A DNA stretch of 64,000 nucleotides from Candidatus Dojkabacteria bacterium (GTDB lineage: Bacteria > Patescibacteriota > Dojkabacteria > J137): the NCBI GenBank assembly GCA_041750555.1, contig JBGSZB010000036.1, positions 17,473-81,472 of the forward strand, given 5' to 3'. This document shows positions 29,764 through 38,959 of this stretch, in pieces. Positions within the stretch are counted from its first letter, which is position 1; each line of letters begins with the position of its first letter. A program made the translations under genes and the position numbers. The notes under the pieces are model-generated. The model was not told the origin of the DNA, did no database searches, and worked only from the letters and a program-made list of their open reading frames with translations.

Positions 29764-30387
29764 TTAAATAAATTTAAACGAGTTAAGTATTGTATTAAAA
29801 TCTTCCAAATAACTTGAATTATCTGTGTGTCCATCTACTGAATAGCTATTAAACTTTCTAAACATAACTTTAACTGCATCTTTACCATTTCCATTCCAAT
29901 AAGAATAATATTCGAGATTATTACTTTGATGTTTATATAAAATAGTCTCATATTCAGAACTTATATCAACACTTATCCATTCTTCAGATGCTGCACCATC
30001 ATACTCCATAGCTTGTTTCTTAAGGTCACTACCTTTGTCTGGAAAGTAAAGGATAGTTACTATTTCATTTTTACTAAATCCGCCATATGCTTTTGGTCTA
30101 AGACCCATATCTTCCCTTTTTGGAACAAACTCCCATATGTCTGGATAATTATAACTAAATTTGCCAGAAGGATGTGTGTAGGTTTTTAGATCTTCTTGAA
30201 AATATGTTATAGAATCATTGTCAGTATAGGAAATTGGGGTATCATCTTTATCGTTCATCGGCACATCGCTGTTTGTATTAATATTTAGAGGTGAACTATT
30301 AATCTGATTTATTACAAGCAATATTATAGAAAATAAAGCTATTATAAAAAACAAGCCAATAGAAATAATTATAAATTTCTTTATCAT
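29764..30387 (-). CDS. Membrane-anchored PsbP/Mog1-like domain protein
   Basis: N-terminal TM; TYTHPSGKFSYNYPDIW; FNTILNSFKF. Confidence 0.65.
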   Translation of the reverse strand: MIKKFIIISIGLFFIIALFSIILLVINQINSSPLNINTNSDVPMNDKDDTPISYTDNDSITYFQEDLKTYTHPSGKFSYNYPDIWEFVPKREDMGLRPKAYGGFSKNEIVTILYFPDKGSDLKKQAMEYDGAASEEWISVDISSEYETILYKHQSNNLEYYSYWNGNGKDAVKVMFRKFNSYSVDGHTDNSSYLEDFNTILNSFKFI

Positions 30388-30393
30388 TTTTTC

Positions 30394-31041
30394 TTAATTA
30401 ATAAATAAGTTTACACTACTACCGTTTTGGAACGTACTATCTGGTAATATACTGATACTACTATTGCTAGCTACTGAGCAGTTAAATGTTTGACCCGATA
30501 CTACAGTCATATTTTGGATAGTAGTACTACCAGAACTACAACTACTTGTTATCTGTAGATAATGATCACCACTAGCTGACCCTCTTTCGTTATAGTTACC
30601 ATCTCCATAATTATAATTCCATTCAGAAATAAATACAGTACCGTTTGTATTTATTTTTTCAACCCACGCAACATGCCCTGCTGAACCTGATCCACCATTA
30701 TTAGCATCCCAGTTTACAGGATTACCAACACTTGGAGTTGTACTTACACTATAACCAATATAACTTGCAGCAGTATCCCAGTTTTCTGCATTCCCCATTT
30801 TTGATGTTAATCCATTTGGACCAGTTGGATTGTTATGGAATGGAACGCCAGCTTGATTTATTTTCCACATAACATAAGAGGTACAGTTTCTTGTATAGGT
30901 ATTCCATTGATCAACCTCATCTTCAGGTGAATCTGCATATGGATAACCAGTTGAATTACTTGGATATTCCCATGCATATATCTTGTTAGGTATTAATACT
31001 GTAAAAAAGACTAAGATTAATATTTTAAATAGATTTTTCAT
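30394..31041 (-). CDS. Secreted CHAP-domain peptidoglycan amidase/endopeptidase with small C-terminal beta domain
   Basis: Signal peptide; NCTSYV (Cys), GHVAWVE (His), ISEWNY. Confidence 0.9.
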   Translation of the reverse strand: MKNLFKILILVFFTVLIPNKIYAWEYPSNSTGYPYADSPEDEVDQWNTYTRNCTSYVMWKINQAGVPFHNNPTGPNGLTSKMGNAENWDTAASYIGYSVSTTPSVGNPVNWDANNGGSGSAGHVAWVEKINTNGTVFISEWNYNYGDGNYNERGSASGDHYLQITSSCSSGSTTIQNMTVVSGQTFNCSVASNSSISILPDSTFQNGSSVNLFIN

Positions 31042-31871
31042 AATATTTCGTTAAAATTTAGTTTAAATGTAGTATCTTCAGAATTATTTTCTCTTCTATT
31101 TTCGTCCAACCGTCTAGACACCTTTAATTGATTATCTGAATACTCAATTTTGTCGTAGTTAGGAAGTTTTCCACTTTCATCTATATTAAAAACATTCTTA
31201 GACTTTATTTTTTTACTTACTGTATCGATAATACTTACATCAACTCCCGTTTGTTTACAATTTAAATTTTCACACATACTTCTTGTAGTTAAATAAGCAA
31301 AAGATTTATTGTTTATCCAGCTTCCGCTAGGAGAATATGTTTTATCAACATTTAGCTTTGTTTTCCCTGTATTAATATCTATAAATGATATGTTAGTTTC
31401 TCCAATACTTTGAGCTCTTTCAGCTAAAACAAGAGTTTTTGAATCTGGACTAATAGCTATTGGGAATTTATGATACCCAGAGTTGTCAAATTCTATCTTT
31501 TTGATCACTTTATTATTTTTAAATGAGTATACATAAATATATTTCTCACTTCCCCAGCTTGAAGTTGACTTCTTAGTGTAATAAAAAAGTTTGATTGTCT
31601 TATCTAAAATTCCCTCGTTAAAATTCAATTGCTCTAAAGTATTTCCTTTCGATTTCATATAAACCTTTTCATTTAATAATTGAAATGAATCAGTTTTCGG
31701 ACTATCAACTAAAGGAAAACTTAAAGGATAGCTGCTAACCAACCTATCCTCTAAAGGTACTGATCTATTCTGAGCATAAACTAGTGAACTTAAACTCATT
31801 ATTCCTGTACTCACTACACTTAAAGTTAATAGAGCAGTTAGTGAATACTTAAAATATGGTATCTTCCTCAT
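31038..31871 (-). CDS. Secreted partial beta-propeller protein
   Basis: Signal peptide (..VYAQ), IAISPDSKTL repeat-like motif; start uncertain (31871, 31883 or 31889). Confidence 0.6.
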   Translation of the reverse strand: MRKIPYFKYSLTALLTLSVVSTGIMSLSSLVYAQNRSVPLEDRLVSSYPLSFPLVDSPKTDSFQLLNEKVYMKSKGNTLEQLNFNEGILDKTIKLFYYTKKSTSSWGSEKYIYVYSFKNNKVIKKIEFDNSGYHKFPIAISPDSKTLVLAERAQSIGETNISFIDINTGKTKLNVDKTYSPSGSWINNKSFAYLTTRSMCENLNCKQTGVDVSIIDTVSKKIKSKNVFNIDESGKLPNYDKIEYSDNQLKVSRRLDENRRENNSEDTTFKLNFNEIL

Positions 31872-31872
31872 A

Positions 31873-32643
31873 TTATTTAACATTAACAAATAAATTCTCT
31901 AATCTCTCGATTCTTTCTAATAACTCACTATTCTCAAGTATAAGATTATTTATCTCTTTCTCTTGATTAATAGTGTATAAAGTTAACTCCTCAATCTTTT
32001 CCATATGCAGTCTCTGCATTTCACCTAAAGATAATCCTTCACTTCCAATCTCCTTTGCATCAGGAATGTTAGGTAAGTGATTAAACTCACTTATATATTT
32101 CTCAACATCACTTAAACTCATTAAATTGTAATTATCATCAAAAACATAATCTGGCCATGAAGCTGCATTACTTGTTACTAATACTTCTTTAGCTTGTACA
32201 GTCCCATAAACTGATAGCTTTAAATTAGCTCCAACATTAGACGATTTCATTACAATATTTCTCCAGGGAGACAGTAATAGATCTCCTCCACATCCTGCGC
32301 AACCTGAATATGACCCTGCAGGTTGTTCTATGGCAAGTCCATAACTACCTAGTAGTGAGTGACCATATGGATAAGTTCTAATATTCCAGTATCTATTACT
32401 TACGTGTTCTAATCTCATATGAGTATATTTGGCATTAGCATCGTTTCCTCCTTTTGTTTGTAACTTAACATTTGCTTCAGGGACATTTGTACCAATACCC
32501 ACAGCTCCATTGTTATAGTAGATTGCATAACCATTATAGTTCCATGGGAAGTCACCAAGTGCTGCGTGTGCTATTTCTGGTTTAAGTCCTACTAATGCTA
32601 TAAATATAGCAAACCCTATTAGTCCTAACCTTTTAATTTTCAT
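31873..32643 (-). CDS. Secreted fibre-like protein with Bacteroidetes-type S74-like chaperone/coiled-coil C-terminus
   Basis: Signal peptide; GAVGIGTNVP; WPDYVF..LSDVEKYI..HLPNIP..EKIEELTLY. Confidence 0.8.
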   Translation of the reverse strand: MKIKRLGLIGFAIFIALVGLKPEIAHAALGDFPWNYNGYAIYYNNGAVGIGTNVPEANVKLQTKGGNDANAKYTHMRLEHVSNRYWNIRTYPYGHSLLGSYGLAIEQPAGSYSGCAGCGGDLLLSPWRNIVMKSSNVGANLKLSVYGTVQAKEVLVTSNAASWPDYVFDDNYNLMSLSDVEKYISEFNHLPNIPDAKEIGSEGLSLGEMQRLHMEKIEELTLYTINQEKEINNLILENSELLERIERLENLFVNVK

Positions 32644-32685
32644 GCTTACATATTAAAAAATAAAATAGTTTTTCAATGTTAATAT

Positions 32686-33525
32686 TCACTTTAATTTTTG
32701 GATTAAATAATTTACTTTATCTTTTAATTCGTTAATCTCTTTCTCTTGATTAATAGTATAAAGCGTTAATTCTTCAATCTTTTCCATTTGTAATCTTTGC
32801 ATATCTCCTAAAGATAATCCTTCAGCTTCAACTGCTGTAGCGTTAGGAATGTTTGGTAAATGATTAAACTCACTAATATATTTCTCAACATCACTTAAAC
32901 TCATTAAATTGTAATTATTATCAAATACGTAGTCAGGCCAATTACTTGAATTTAAATTAACTCTAACTTCTCTAGCATAAAGAGCATTGTTAGTTATCTT
33001 AACTCTTGTTACATCGTCAGTTACAAATTCAAAACTATCTCCTGTAGTAAATTTCCATGTACCAGTACCCGCTCCTCCTGCAACTCTTGAAACTGACATT
33101 GTTCTTCCATCATTGTTTTTTAAAGTCAGAATTTCGCCATTGTTAATTAAGTTAGTACGACCTTTAATAGTTGTAAGTCCATTATTCATATCAACATTTA
33201 AAAACTCACTCCCTATTCTATTTCTAACAATAAAGTTTTTAGTGTTACTTCCAGGATTAGCTAATCTTCCAACATATACCTTACTATTTACTTCATCTAC
33301 AAAGATTTGACCTTGAGTTGTACCACTTGGTTTAGATCCAACATCTAAAAGTCCACTAGGAGAATTATTACCAATTCCAATGTTGCCCTCGTTATAGAAG
33401 ATGTTAGATCCTGAACTAGACCAGCTTCCTGGGGCTGAGAGTATAGGAGTAGTAAATGAATTAAAAAGTGTAACTGTAACTATAAACACACCTAGACTAT
33501 ATAGTAATTTATTTCTCATAAACAT
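32686..33525 (-). CDS. Secreted fibre-like protein with S74-like chaperone C-terminus (paralog)
   Basis: Signal peptide; GNIGIGNNSP; WPDYVF..HLPNIP..EKIEELTLY. Confidence 0.8.
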   Translation of the reverse strand: MFMRNKLLYSLGVFIVTVTLFNSFTTPILSAPGSWSSSGSNIFYNEGNIGIGNNSPSGLLDVGSKPSGTTQGQIFVDEVNSKVYVGRLANPGSNTKNFIVRNRIGSEFLNVDMNNGLTTIKGRTNLINNGEILTLKNNDGRTMSVSRVAGGAGTGTWKFTTGDSFEFVTDDVTRVKITNNALYAREVRVNLNSSNWPDYVFDNNYNLMSLSDVEKYISEFNHLPNIPNATAVEAEGLSLGDMQRLQMEKIEELTLYTINQEKEINELKDKVNYLIQKLK

Positions 33526-33572
33526 TAATTAAAAATTATTAATTCCAGTATTGAGTTTTTAATATTTTTCAA

Positions 33573-33600
33573 CAATGTATAGGAATACATTGACAATGTA
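33573..33600. promoter_or_regulatory. Overlapping palindromes CAATGTAT-AGGA-ATACATTG and TACATTG-A-CAATGTA upstream of the fibre/CHAP operon
   Basis: Contains TGTAT-N4-ATACA at 33576-33589. Confidence 0.6.
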
Positions 33601-33711
33601 AGAAGTAGGTGAGATATCTATTGGTTAGTAAAGAATTAATATACTTTTAATAAATAAATATTTCTATAGGGTAAATATTCATAATATAATTAAGTAGTTA
33701 ATAAAAATTTT

Positions 33712-34128
33712 ATGGCTAAAACTGACGTTAAAACTGTAAAAAACAATAATTCAGTATTAGAGTTTTTAAATAGTATTAAGGATTCTAAAAGGCGAGAGGA
33801 TGGTTTAAAACTATTAAAAATATTTAATGAAGTTTTAAATGATAACCCTAAAATGTGGGGAGATAGTATGGTTGGATATGGAAATTACCATTACAAATAT
33901 GTAACTGGAAGAGAAGGGGATATGTTTAAAGTTGGGTTTTCTCCTAGAAAACAATATTTAAGTATATATACAATGGGGTATACCGATATGGGTGATTTGT
34001 TAAATAAGTTAGGTAAACATAAGTTAGCTAAAGCATGCTTATACATTAAAGATTTAAATGATATTGATATTAATGTATTAAAAGAAATTATTAAAAGAGG
34101 TTGGGATATGATGGAAATGAGGTACTAA
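33712..34128 (+). CDS. DUF1801 (YdhG-like) protein
   Basis: PKMWGDSMVGYG.YHYKY..GREG; GFSPRK; LGKHK..CLYIK. Confidence 0.88.
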   Translation: MAKTDVKTVKNNNSVLEFLNSIKDSKRREDGLKLLKIFNEVLNDNPKMWGDSMVGYGNYHYKYVTGREGDMFKVGFSPRKQYLSIYTMGYTDMGDLLNKLGKHKLAKACLYIKDLNDIDINVLKEIIKRGWDMMEMRY

Positions 34129-34170
34129 ACATCTATTATTATAAATGGTAGTATATATTATTAACATTTT

Positions 34171-35193
34171 ATGGATAATCAAAATCCCACTCCAACTAAT
34201 GTAACTCCTGTAGAGAAACCCCTAGATATTACAGAGCAACCAACTAGTTTAGAACCCCTAAATACACCTGTAAGTGAAGTGAAACCTGTTGAAAATATTC
34301 CAACACCTGTAAGTGGTGTTAAACCAGTAGTAAATGAAGTTCTACCAACACCACCAGTTAGTGAAAAAAGTGGGGGTAATGGTAAGAATAAGGTGTTGTT
34401 TATAGTTATTGCAGTTGTTATTGTTTTACTAGTGACCATTGGAGCAATTATTGCTTATCTGTTATTAAATAATTCTAATAGTGCAAATAACGCAAGTAAT
34501 AATACAAGTAATACCGATACTAATAATAGTAATGATACTGATGTTGAAAATGATGATACAGATGTAGATAGTGATAATGCAAGTGATCAATTACCTGATA
34601 GTGATGAAAATGTAGATGATGTTTGTGAAGTTAATAATTACACCACAGCAGATTATCCTGATTTTAATTTTGATTATGATTGTAATTGGGAATTAGTAGA
34701 AGATGAAGTAACAGAGGTTACAGATGATATATTTACAGATGGAGTAGCATACAATAAACATCAAATTACTTTAAGGAAAGATAATAGTGAATTATTCTTT
34801 ACAATTAATAAAGTTATTTGGGAAGGATATCCTAGTTGTGCTAATGATGAATTTGAAATTTTAAGTCCTACACTAACTAGAATTGATAGTGGTGCCCGAA
34901 TGGGTAATACTTTATACAGCTATATTGGTAGAGTAGATTTACCAGGAAGTAGTGATTATGAAGAAACACTTGATATTTGGTATCCAGAAGATGTTGAAGA
35001 ATTTGCTTACTGTGGTTTAATTACAATTCCTTTTGGAACAGAATCTAGTGTTGTTTCTGAAAGTGATACAGGTATTCCATTAGGTCAAGCATTTAATATG
35101 ATTGTTAATGTTGAATTAGCTATAGATAATAGTGATGATATGACTGAAGTATTAGAGATGGCTGATTTAGTTGTATTAAGTATGGAGAATTAA
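34171..35193 (+). CDS. Single-pass membrane protein: Pro-rich N-terminus, Asn/Asp-rich linker, PsbP-like acidic ectodomain
   Basis: TM VLFIVIAVVIVLLVTIGAIIAYLLL; YTTADYPDFNFDYDCNW. Confidence 0.7.
   Translation: MDNQNPTPTNVTPVEKPLDITEQPTSLEPLNTPVSEVKPVENIPTPVSGVKPVVNEVLPTPPVSEKSGGNGKNKVLFIVIAVVIVLLVTIGAIIAYLLLNNSNSANNASNNTSNTDTNNSNDTDVENDDTDVDSDNASDQLPDSDENVDDVCEVNNYTTADYPDFNFDYDCNWELVEDEVTEVTDDIFTDGVAYNKHQITLRKDNSELFFTINKVIWEGYPSCANDEFEILSPTLTRIDSGARMGNTLYSYIGRVDLPGSSDYEETLDIWYPEDVEEFAYCGLITIPFGTESSVVSESDTGIPLGQAFNMIVNVELAIDNSDDMTEVLEMADLVVLSMEN
34264..34341 (+). repeat. 39-bp imperfect coding tandem repeat (TPVSxVKPV)
   Basis: ACACCTGTAAGTG at 34264 and 34303. Confidence 0.7.
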
Positions 35194-35702
35194 TAGTTAT
35201 TATCTATACTATTTAAAGCATGAACTAATTCAGGTAAGTGATCCACGTTAAAGTGAGAGATATCATTTTGAAGAGTTGTAACTGCACTATATCTATTTTC
35301 AGGACCAAATTGAATTTTTAAATCTTGTTCATTCAATGACTTGTATAGCTCTATTAAGTCTATACAGCTTTGTCTAAATTCGTTATATACTTCATTCCAA
35401 GTTAAATCCCTTCTAAGCTTAACTTGTTGATCATTAAATTCATTAATTTCTTCATCACTACTTATCCATCTTTCTATCTCTTCCCCAGCAATAGCTTTTT
35501 CTATATCTTGAATTGTTAAATTATTCCACCCACTAAAGTGAGCTAATAAATCTTTTAAACTCCATTCTCCAAATAAAGGGATTTCTCTTTTCTCAATAGG
35601 AAAGCTATTAATTATTACAAAATATCTTTGCATTACATACCCTAACTGATAAATCTCTTCATTTACTCTATCTAAACTATTTGTAGGTATATCTAAATGC
35701 AT
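35190..35702 (-). CDS. DinB/ClbS-DfsB family four-helix bundle protein
   Basis: WSLKDLLAHFSGW; H..DH at C-terminus. Confidence 0.8.
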   Translation of the reverse strand: MHLDIPTNSLDRVNEEIYQLGYVMQRYFVIINSFPIEKREIPLFGEWSLKDLLAHFSGWNNLTIQDIEKAIAGEEIERWISSDEEINEFNDQQVKLRRDLTWNEVYNEFRQSCIDLIELYKSLNEQDLKIQFGPENRYSAVTTLQNDISHFNVDHLPELVHALNSIDNNY

Positions 35703-35842
35703 ATATTAATATTAATTAATGGATTTTAACTTTAAATTAATAAAATTGTCCATTTATATTAAAGAATATATAATATTGTAGTTATCTTAAAGAAATGAGA
35801 GGTAATGTTTCTAAAAGAGAAGAAGGTTAATTCCGATTCTCT

Positions 35843-35870
35843 CAGTGGTCTGAGTAAATTCAGATCACTG
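35843..35870. other. 11-bp intergenic hairpin
   Basis: CAGTGGTCTGA-gtaaat-TCAGATCACTG (one G-U pair on + strand). Confidence 0.6.
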
Positions 35871-35880
35871 TTTAATTACA

Positions 35881-36510
35881 TTAAAGATTATTGTTTGGCA
35901 ATGGTATTTTCTCTCTAGAAATATAATTAATGTATTCCTCACCTAGTCTTGTTAAAAATACTTTGTTATCTGTAATTTCTAAAACTTTAGTTGCTTTTAA
36001 AAATTCTAAATACGTAGAGAAATCCCAATCGAAAGGGCTTTGCCCAAGCTTTGTTTTCAAAAAATAATTGTTAACAAACTGAATATTTATAGACTTAGTG
36101 TTAGATTGCCATATAAGTTTAAGAAGATTGAATTGTGAGTCAAAAATAAAATTATGAATAAATTCAAAATGTAATTTCAGTTCTGCTACATTAGCCTTAA
36201 GCTTAAAGTCATTTCTTTCAATTTCAACGGTGGTTAATGCCTTAAGTGCAGCTTTAAAATCATTACTATCTTGATTAATAATTTCTGAGGGATTTCTATC
36301 AATTTCTTTCTGTTTATTTATCTCAATTTCTACACCACCAGGTAGTTTAGCTTTTAATTCATAGATATATTTTGAAAAATATGATAAAAAACTTATTATA
36401 TGTTTCTTGAAGACTAATGCTAACAAAACCACCACTAAAGGCCACACCACTATTGCACAGAAGGAAATAAATGAAGAAGTTGTAAACTTAAAAATTTCTA
36501 AAATATCCAT
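35881..36510 (-). CDS. Hypothetical membrane protein (N-terminal TM, possible C-terminal winged helix) next to the tRNA 3' end
   Basis: WPLVVVLLALVF TM; C-terminal YLEFL..LTRLGEEYI. Confidence 0.6.
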   Translation of the reverse strand: MDILEIFKFTTSSFISFCAIVVWPLVVVLLALVFKKHIISFLSYFSKYIYELKAKLPGGVEIEINKQKEIDRNPSEIINQDSNDFKAALKALTTVEIERNDFKLKANVAELKLHFEFIHNFIFDSQFNLLKLIWQSNTKSINIQFVNNYFLKTKLGQSPFDWDFSTYLEFLKATKVLEITDNKVFLTRLGEEYINYISREKIPLPNNNL

Positions 36511-36527
36511 TCCATCTAAATTAACTT

Positions 36528-36599
36528 AGCGGGTAGCGGGAATCGAACCCGCCTCATCAGTTTGGAAAACTGGCATAATAACCGATATACTATACCCGC
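36528..36599 (-). tRNA. tRNA-Gly(TCC), CCA not encoded
   Basis: GCGGGTA...CCAGT-TTTCCAA-ACTGA...GGTTCGATTCC...TACCCGCT cloverleaf. Confidence 0.95.
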
Positions 36600-36711
36600 A
36601 TGTCTGTAATTATATTACATTCGTTACATTCAGTAAACACATATCTTATAGTAATAATTAAAATTTAAAATATAAACATCTGATATAATCAATTTGATTT
36701 AAATAGCTTCT

Positions 36712-38481
36712 ATGAATAACTATACTTGGAATTTAGAACAGATATTAAAAACAAAAGACTTCAATAAAAATTTAAAAATATTAGAAACTAAAGCAAATAA
36801 ATTTATTAAAAAATGGAATCCTAAACTTGATAATGGATATAGAGATGATTATTTAAAAGACCCTAAAATATTAAAAGTTGCTTTAGATGAATATGAACAA
36901 TGGTTAACTAGTGGAGGAAGCTTTGGAGATATAGGTTACTATTACAGTTTAAGTACAAGCTTAGATCAGAATAATAGTGAATTAAAAGCTAAGTTTAATA
37001 AAATATATAAAGTAGCATTAAAAATAGATAATGATATATCTTTCTTTTTACATAAGGTAAGTAAAATTGATAAAAAGTTACAATCAATATTCTTAAAAGA
37101 TAAAACTTTAAGTGAATATAAACATCTTTTAGAAAATATATTTAAGGAATCTCGTTATTTATTAAGTGAAGATGAAGAAAAGATATTAAATATTAGTTCT
37201 AAAACTTCATATAGTAATTGGGTAGATTTAACACAAAGTTTACTATCTAAATCTCAAAGACCATTACTTACAGAAAAGGGTGTAATAATTGAGAATTATT
37301 CTGGAATAGTTAATAAACTAGATGATAGTAATAGAAAGTATAGAGAGAGTGCTAGGGATTGTTTAAATGATATTTATGAATCATTAATAGATGTAGGAGA
37401 GCATGAAATAAATAGCGTATTAGAATACAAACAATTAAGTGATAATTTAAGAGGTTTTAAACGAAGTGATGAGAGTAGACACTTAAGTGATGACATAGAT
37501 ACAAATGTTGTTGATAGCTTAATTGAGAGTGTAACTAAAAACTTTGATATTTCTAAAAAGTATTATGAACTTAAAGCTTCTGAATTGAATTTAAAATATT
37601 TAAGATATTTTGAGAGAAATATTAAAACTGGTACATTAGATACTAAATATACTATTGAAGAAACTTATGAGATTTTAAGAAATGTATTTAATAAATTATC
37701 ACCTAAATACAAAGAGATATTAAATTCATTTATTAGGGAAGAAAGAATTGATGTTTATCCTAAAAAAGATAAAGCTAGTGGTGCATTCTGTAGCTATAAC
37801 TCTAAAAAGAATAAGCCATTTATACTTTTAAACTTTGAGGGTAAGATTCGGGATATAACAACACTAGCTCATGAAATGGGGCATGGAATTCATTTTACTT
37901 TAATGTCTAAACAAAACTCTTTAAACTATGGAGCACCTATGTCTACTGCTGAAGTTGCTAGTACATTTTTTGAAGATTTTGTAATTGAACATTTAAGTAA
38001 TAACTTAGATATAGCTGATAAAAAAGTTTTAATGTTTGAAAGAGTTAATGATGTAATAGCAACTATTCAAAGACAAGTATCTTTCTATAATTTTGAAATT
38101 GATTTACATAATAGCTTTAAAGAGTTAGGTTACTTATCTCAAAAACAAATTGGAGAGATATTTATTAAAAATATTAAAGCATACTTAGGAGATAGCGTTG
38201 TAATAGAAGAAGGAAACGAAAATTGGTGGATGGGTATTACTCATATTAGAAACTATTTCTATGTTTATTCTTATGCTTCTGGATTATTAATTTCTAAAGC
38301 ACTACAAAGTTATGTGAGAGCTGACCCTAACTTTATTAATGATGTAACTAAGTTCTTTGAATCGGGATCATCATTATCTCCTAAAGATATATTTAATAAA
38401 TTAGGTATAAATATTTCAGATAATAAATTCTGGTTAGATGGATTAAATTTAATTAGAGAGGATATTAAGTTATTAGAATAA
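36712..38481 (+). CDS. pepF: Oligoendopeptidase F (M3B)
   Basis: SGAFC, TLAHEMGHG, AEVASTF, FYVYSYA. Confidence 0.93.
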   Translation: MNNYTWNLEQILKTKDFNKNLKILETKANKFIKKWNPKLDNGYRDDYLKDPKILKVALDEYEQWLTSGGSFGDIGYYYSLSTSLDQNNSELKAKFNKIYKVALKIDNDISFFLHKVSKIDKKLQSIFLKDKTLSEYKHLLENIFKESRYLLSEDEEKILNISSKTSYSNWVDLTQSLLSKSQRPLLTEKGVIIENYSGIVNKLDDSNRKYRESARDCLNDIYESLIDVGEHEINSVLEYKQLSDNLRGFKRSDESRHLSDDIDTNVVDSLIESVTKNFDISKKYYELKASELNLKYLRYFERNIKTGTLDTKYTIEETYEILRNVFNKLSPKYKEILNSFIREERIDVYPKKDKASGAFCSYNSKKNKPFILLNFEGKIRDITTLAHEMGHGIHFTLMSKQNSLNYGAPMSTAEVASTFFEDFVIEHLSNNLDIADKKVLMFERVNDVIATIQRQVSFYNFEIDLHNSFKELGYLSQKQIGEIFIKNIKAYLGDSVVIEEGNENWWMGITHIRNYFYVYSYASGLLISKALQSYVRADPNFINDVTKFFESGSSLSPKDIFNKLGINISDNKFWLDGLNLIREDIKLLE

Positions 38482-38485
38482 CATT

Positions 38486-38920
38486 ATGGGATTTTATACA
38501 AAAAGAGTTTCTATAAGACATCTTCCTTATGAAAAAATAAGTGGAGAAATTTTCAGAAAAGATTCTAGGGATAGAGAAGGCTCTGGAAGATATGGAGATA
38601 GTGCCTCTAAAGTTAAGTACGGCATTGATGAGAAATTAGAACTTGAACAACGTAGAATAAAAGCTATAGAAGATAGTTTTGTAGATTTAGAATCATTGAG
38701 AAATGTCGTAAAGATTTTGTCGGCTATTGTTTTAAAGATTGGTACAATTATCCCAATGTCTATCCTGAAAACTTATAATTTGGAACAAGAAGAGATTGCT
38801 GAATCTTTAGAATGTTTAAGTGAATTAGGCTTTTTAGATTATGATGAAGCTTCAGGATGTATTAAGTTTAGTATAACTAAATCTGAGGCAGCTTATTTTT
38901 TAAATCTTGCAGAAAGTTAG
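38486..38920 (+). CDS. Orphan with possible C-terminal winged helix
   Basis: 144 aa; LECLSELGFLDY. Confidence 0.55.
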   Translation: MGFYTKRVSIRHLPYEKISGEIFRKDSRDREGSGRYGDSASKVKYGIDEKLELEQRRIKAIEDSFVDLESLRNVVKILSAIVLKIGTIIPMSILKTYNLEQEEIAESLECLSELGFLDYDEASGCIKFSITKSEAAYFLNLAES

Positions 38921-38959
38921 TACTTTGTAATATATTGGGGTGTATAATCAAATTACTCT

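Noticed and set aside
30394-33525. Prophage tail and lysis module
   Set aside because: No capsid, terminase, portal, holin or integrase; all proteins carry signal peptides
31873-33525. Diversity-generating retroelement TR/VR pair in the duplicated fibre C-termini
   Set aside because: No reverse transcriptase in the window; both copies are coding and differences are not confined to adenines
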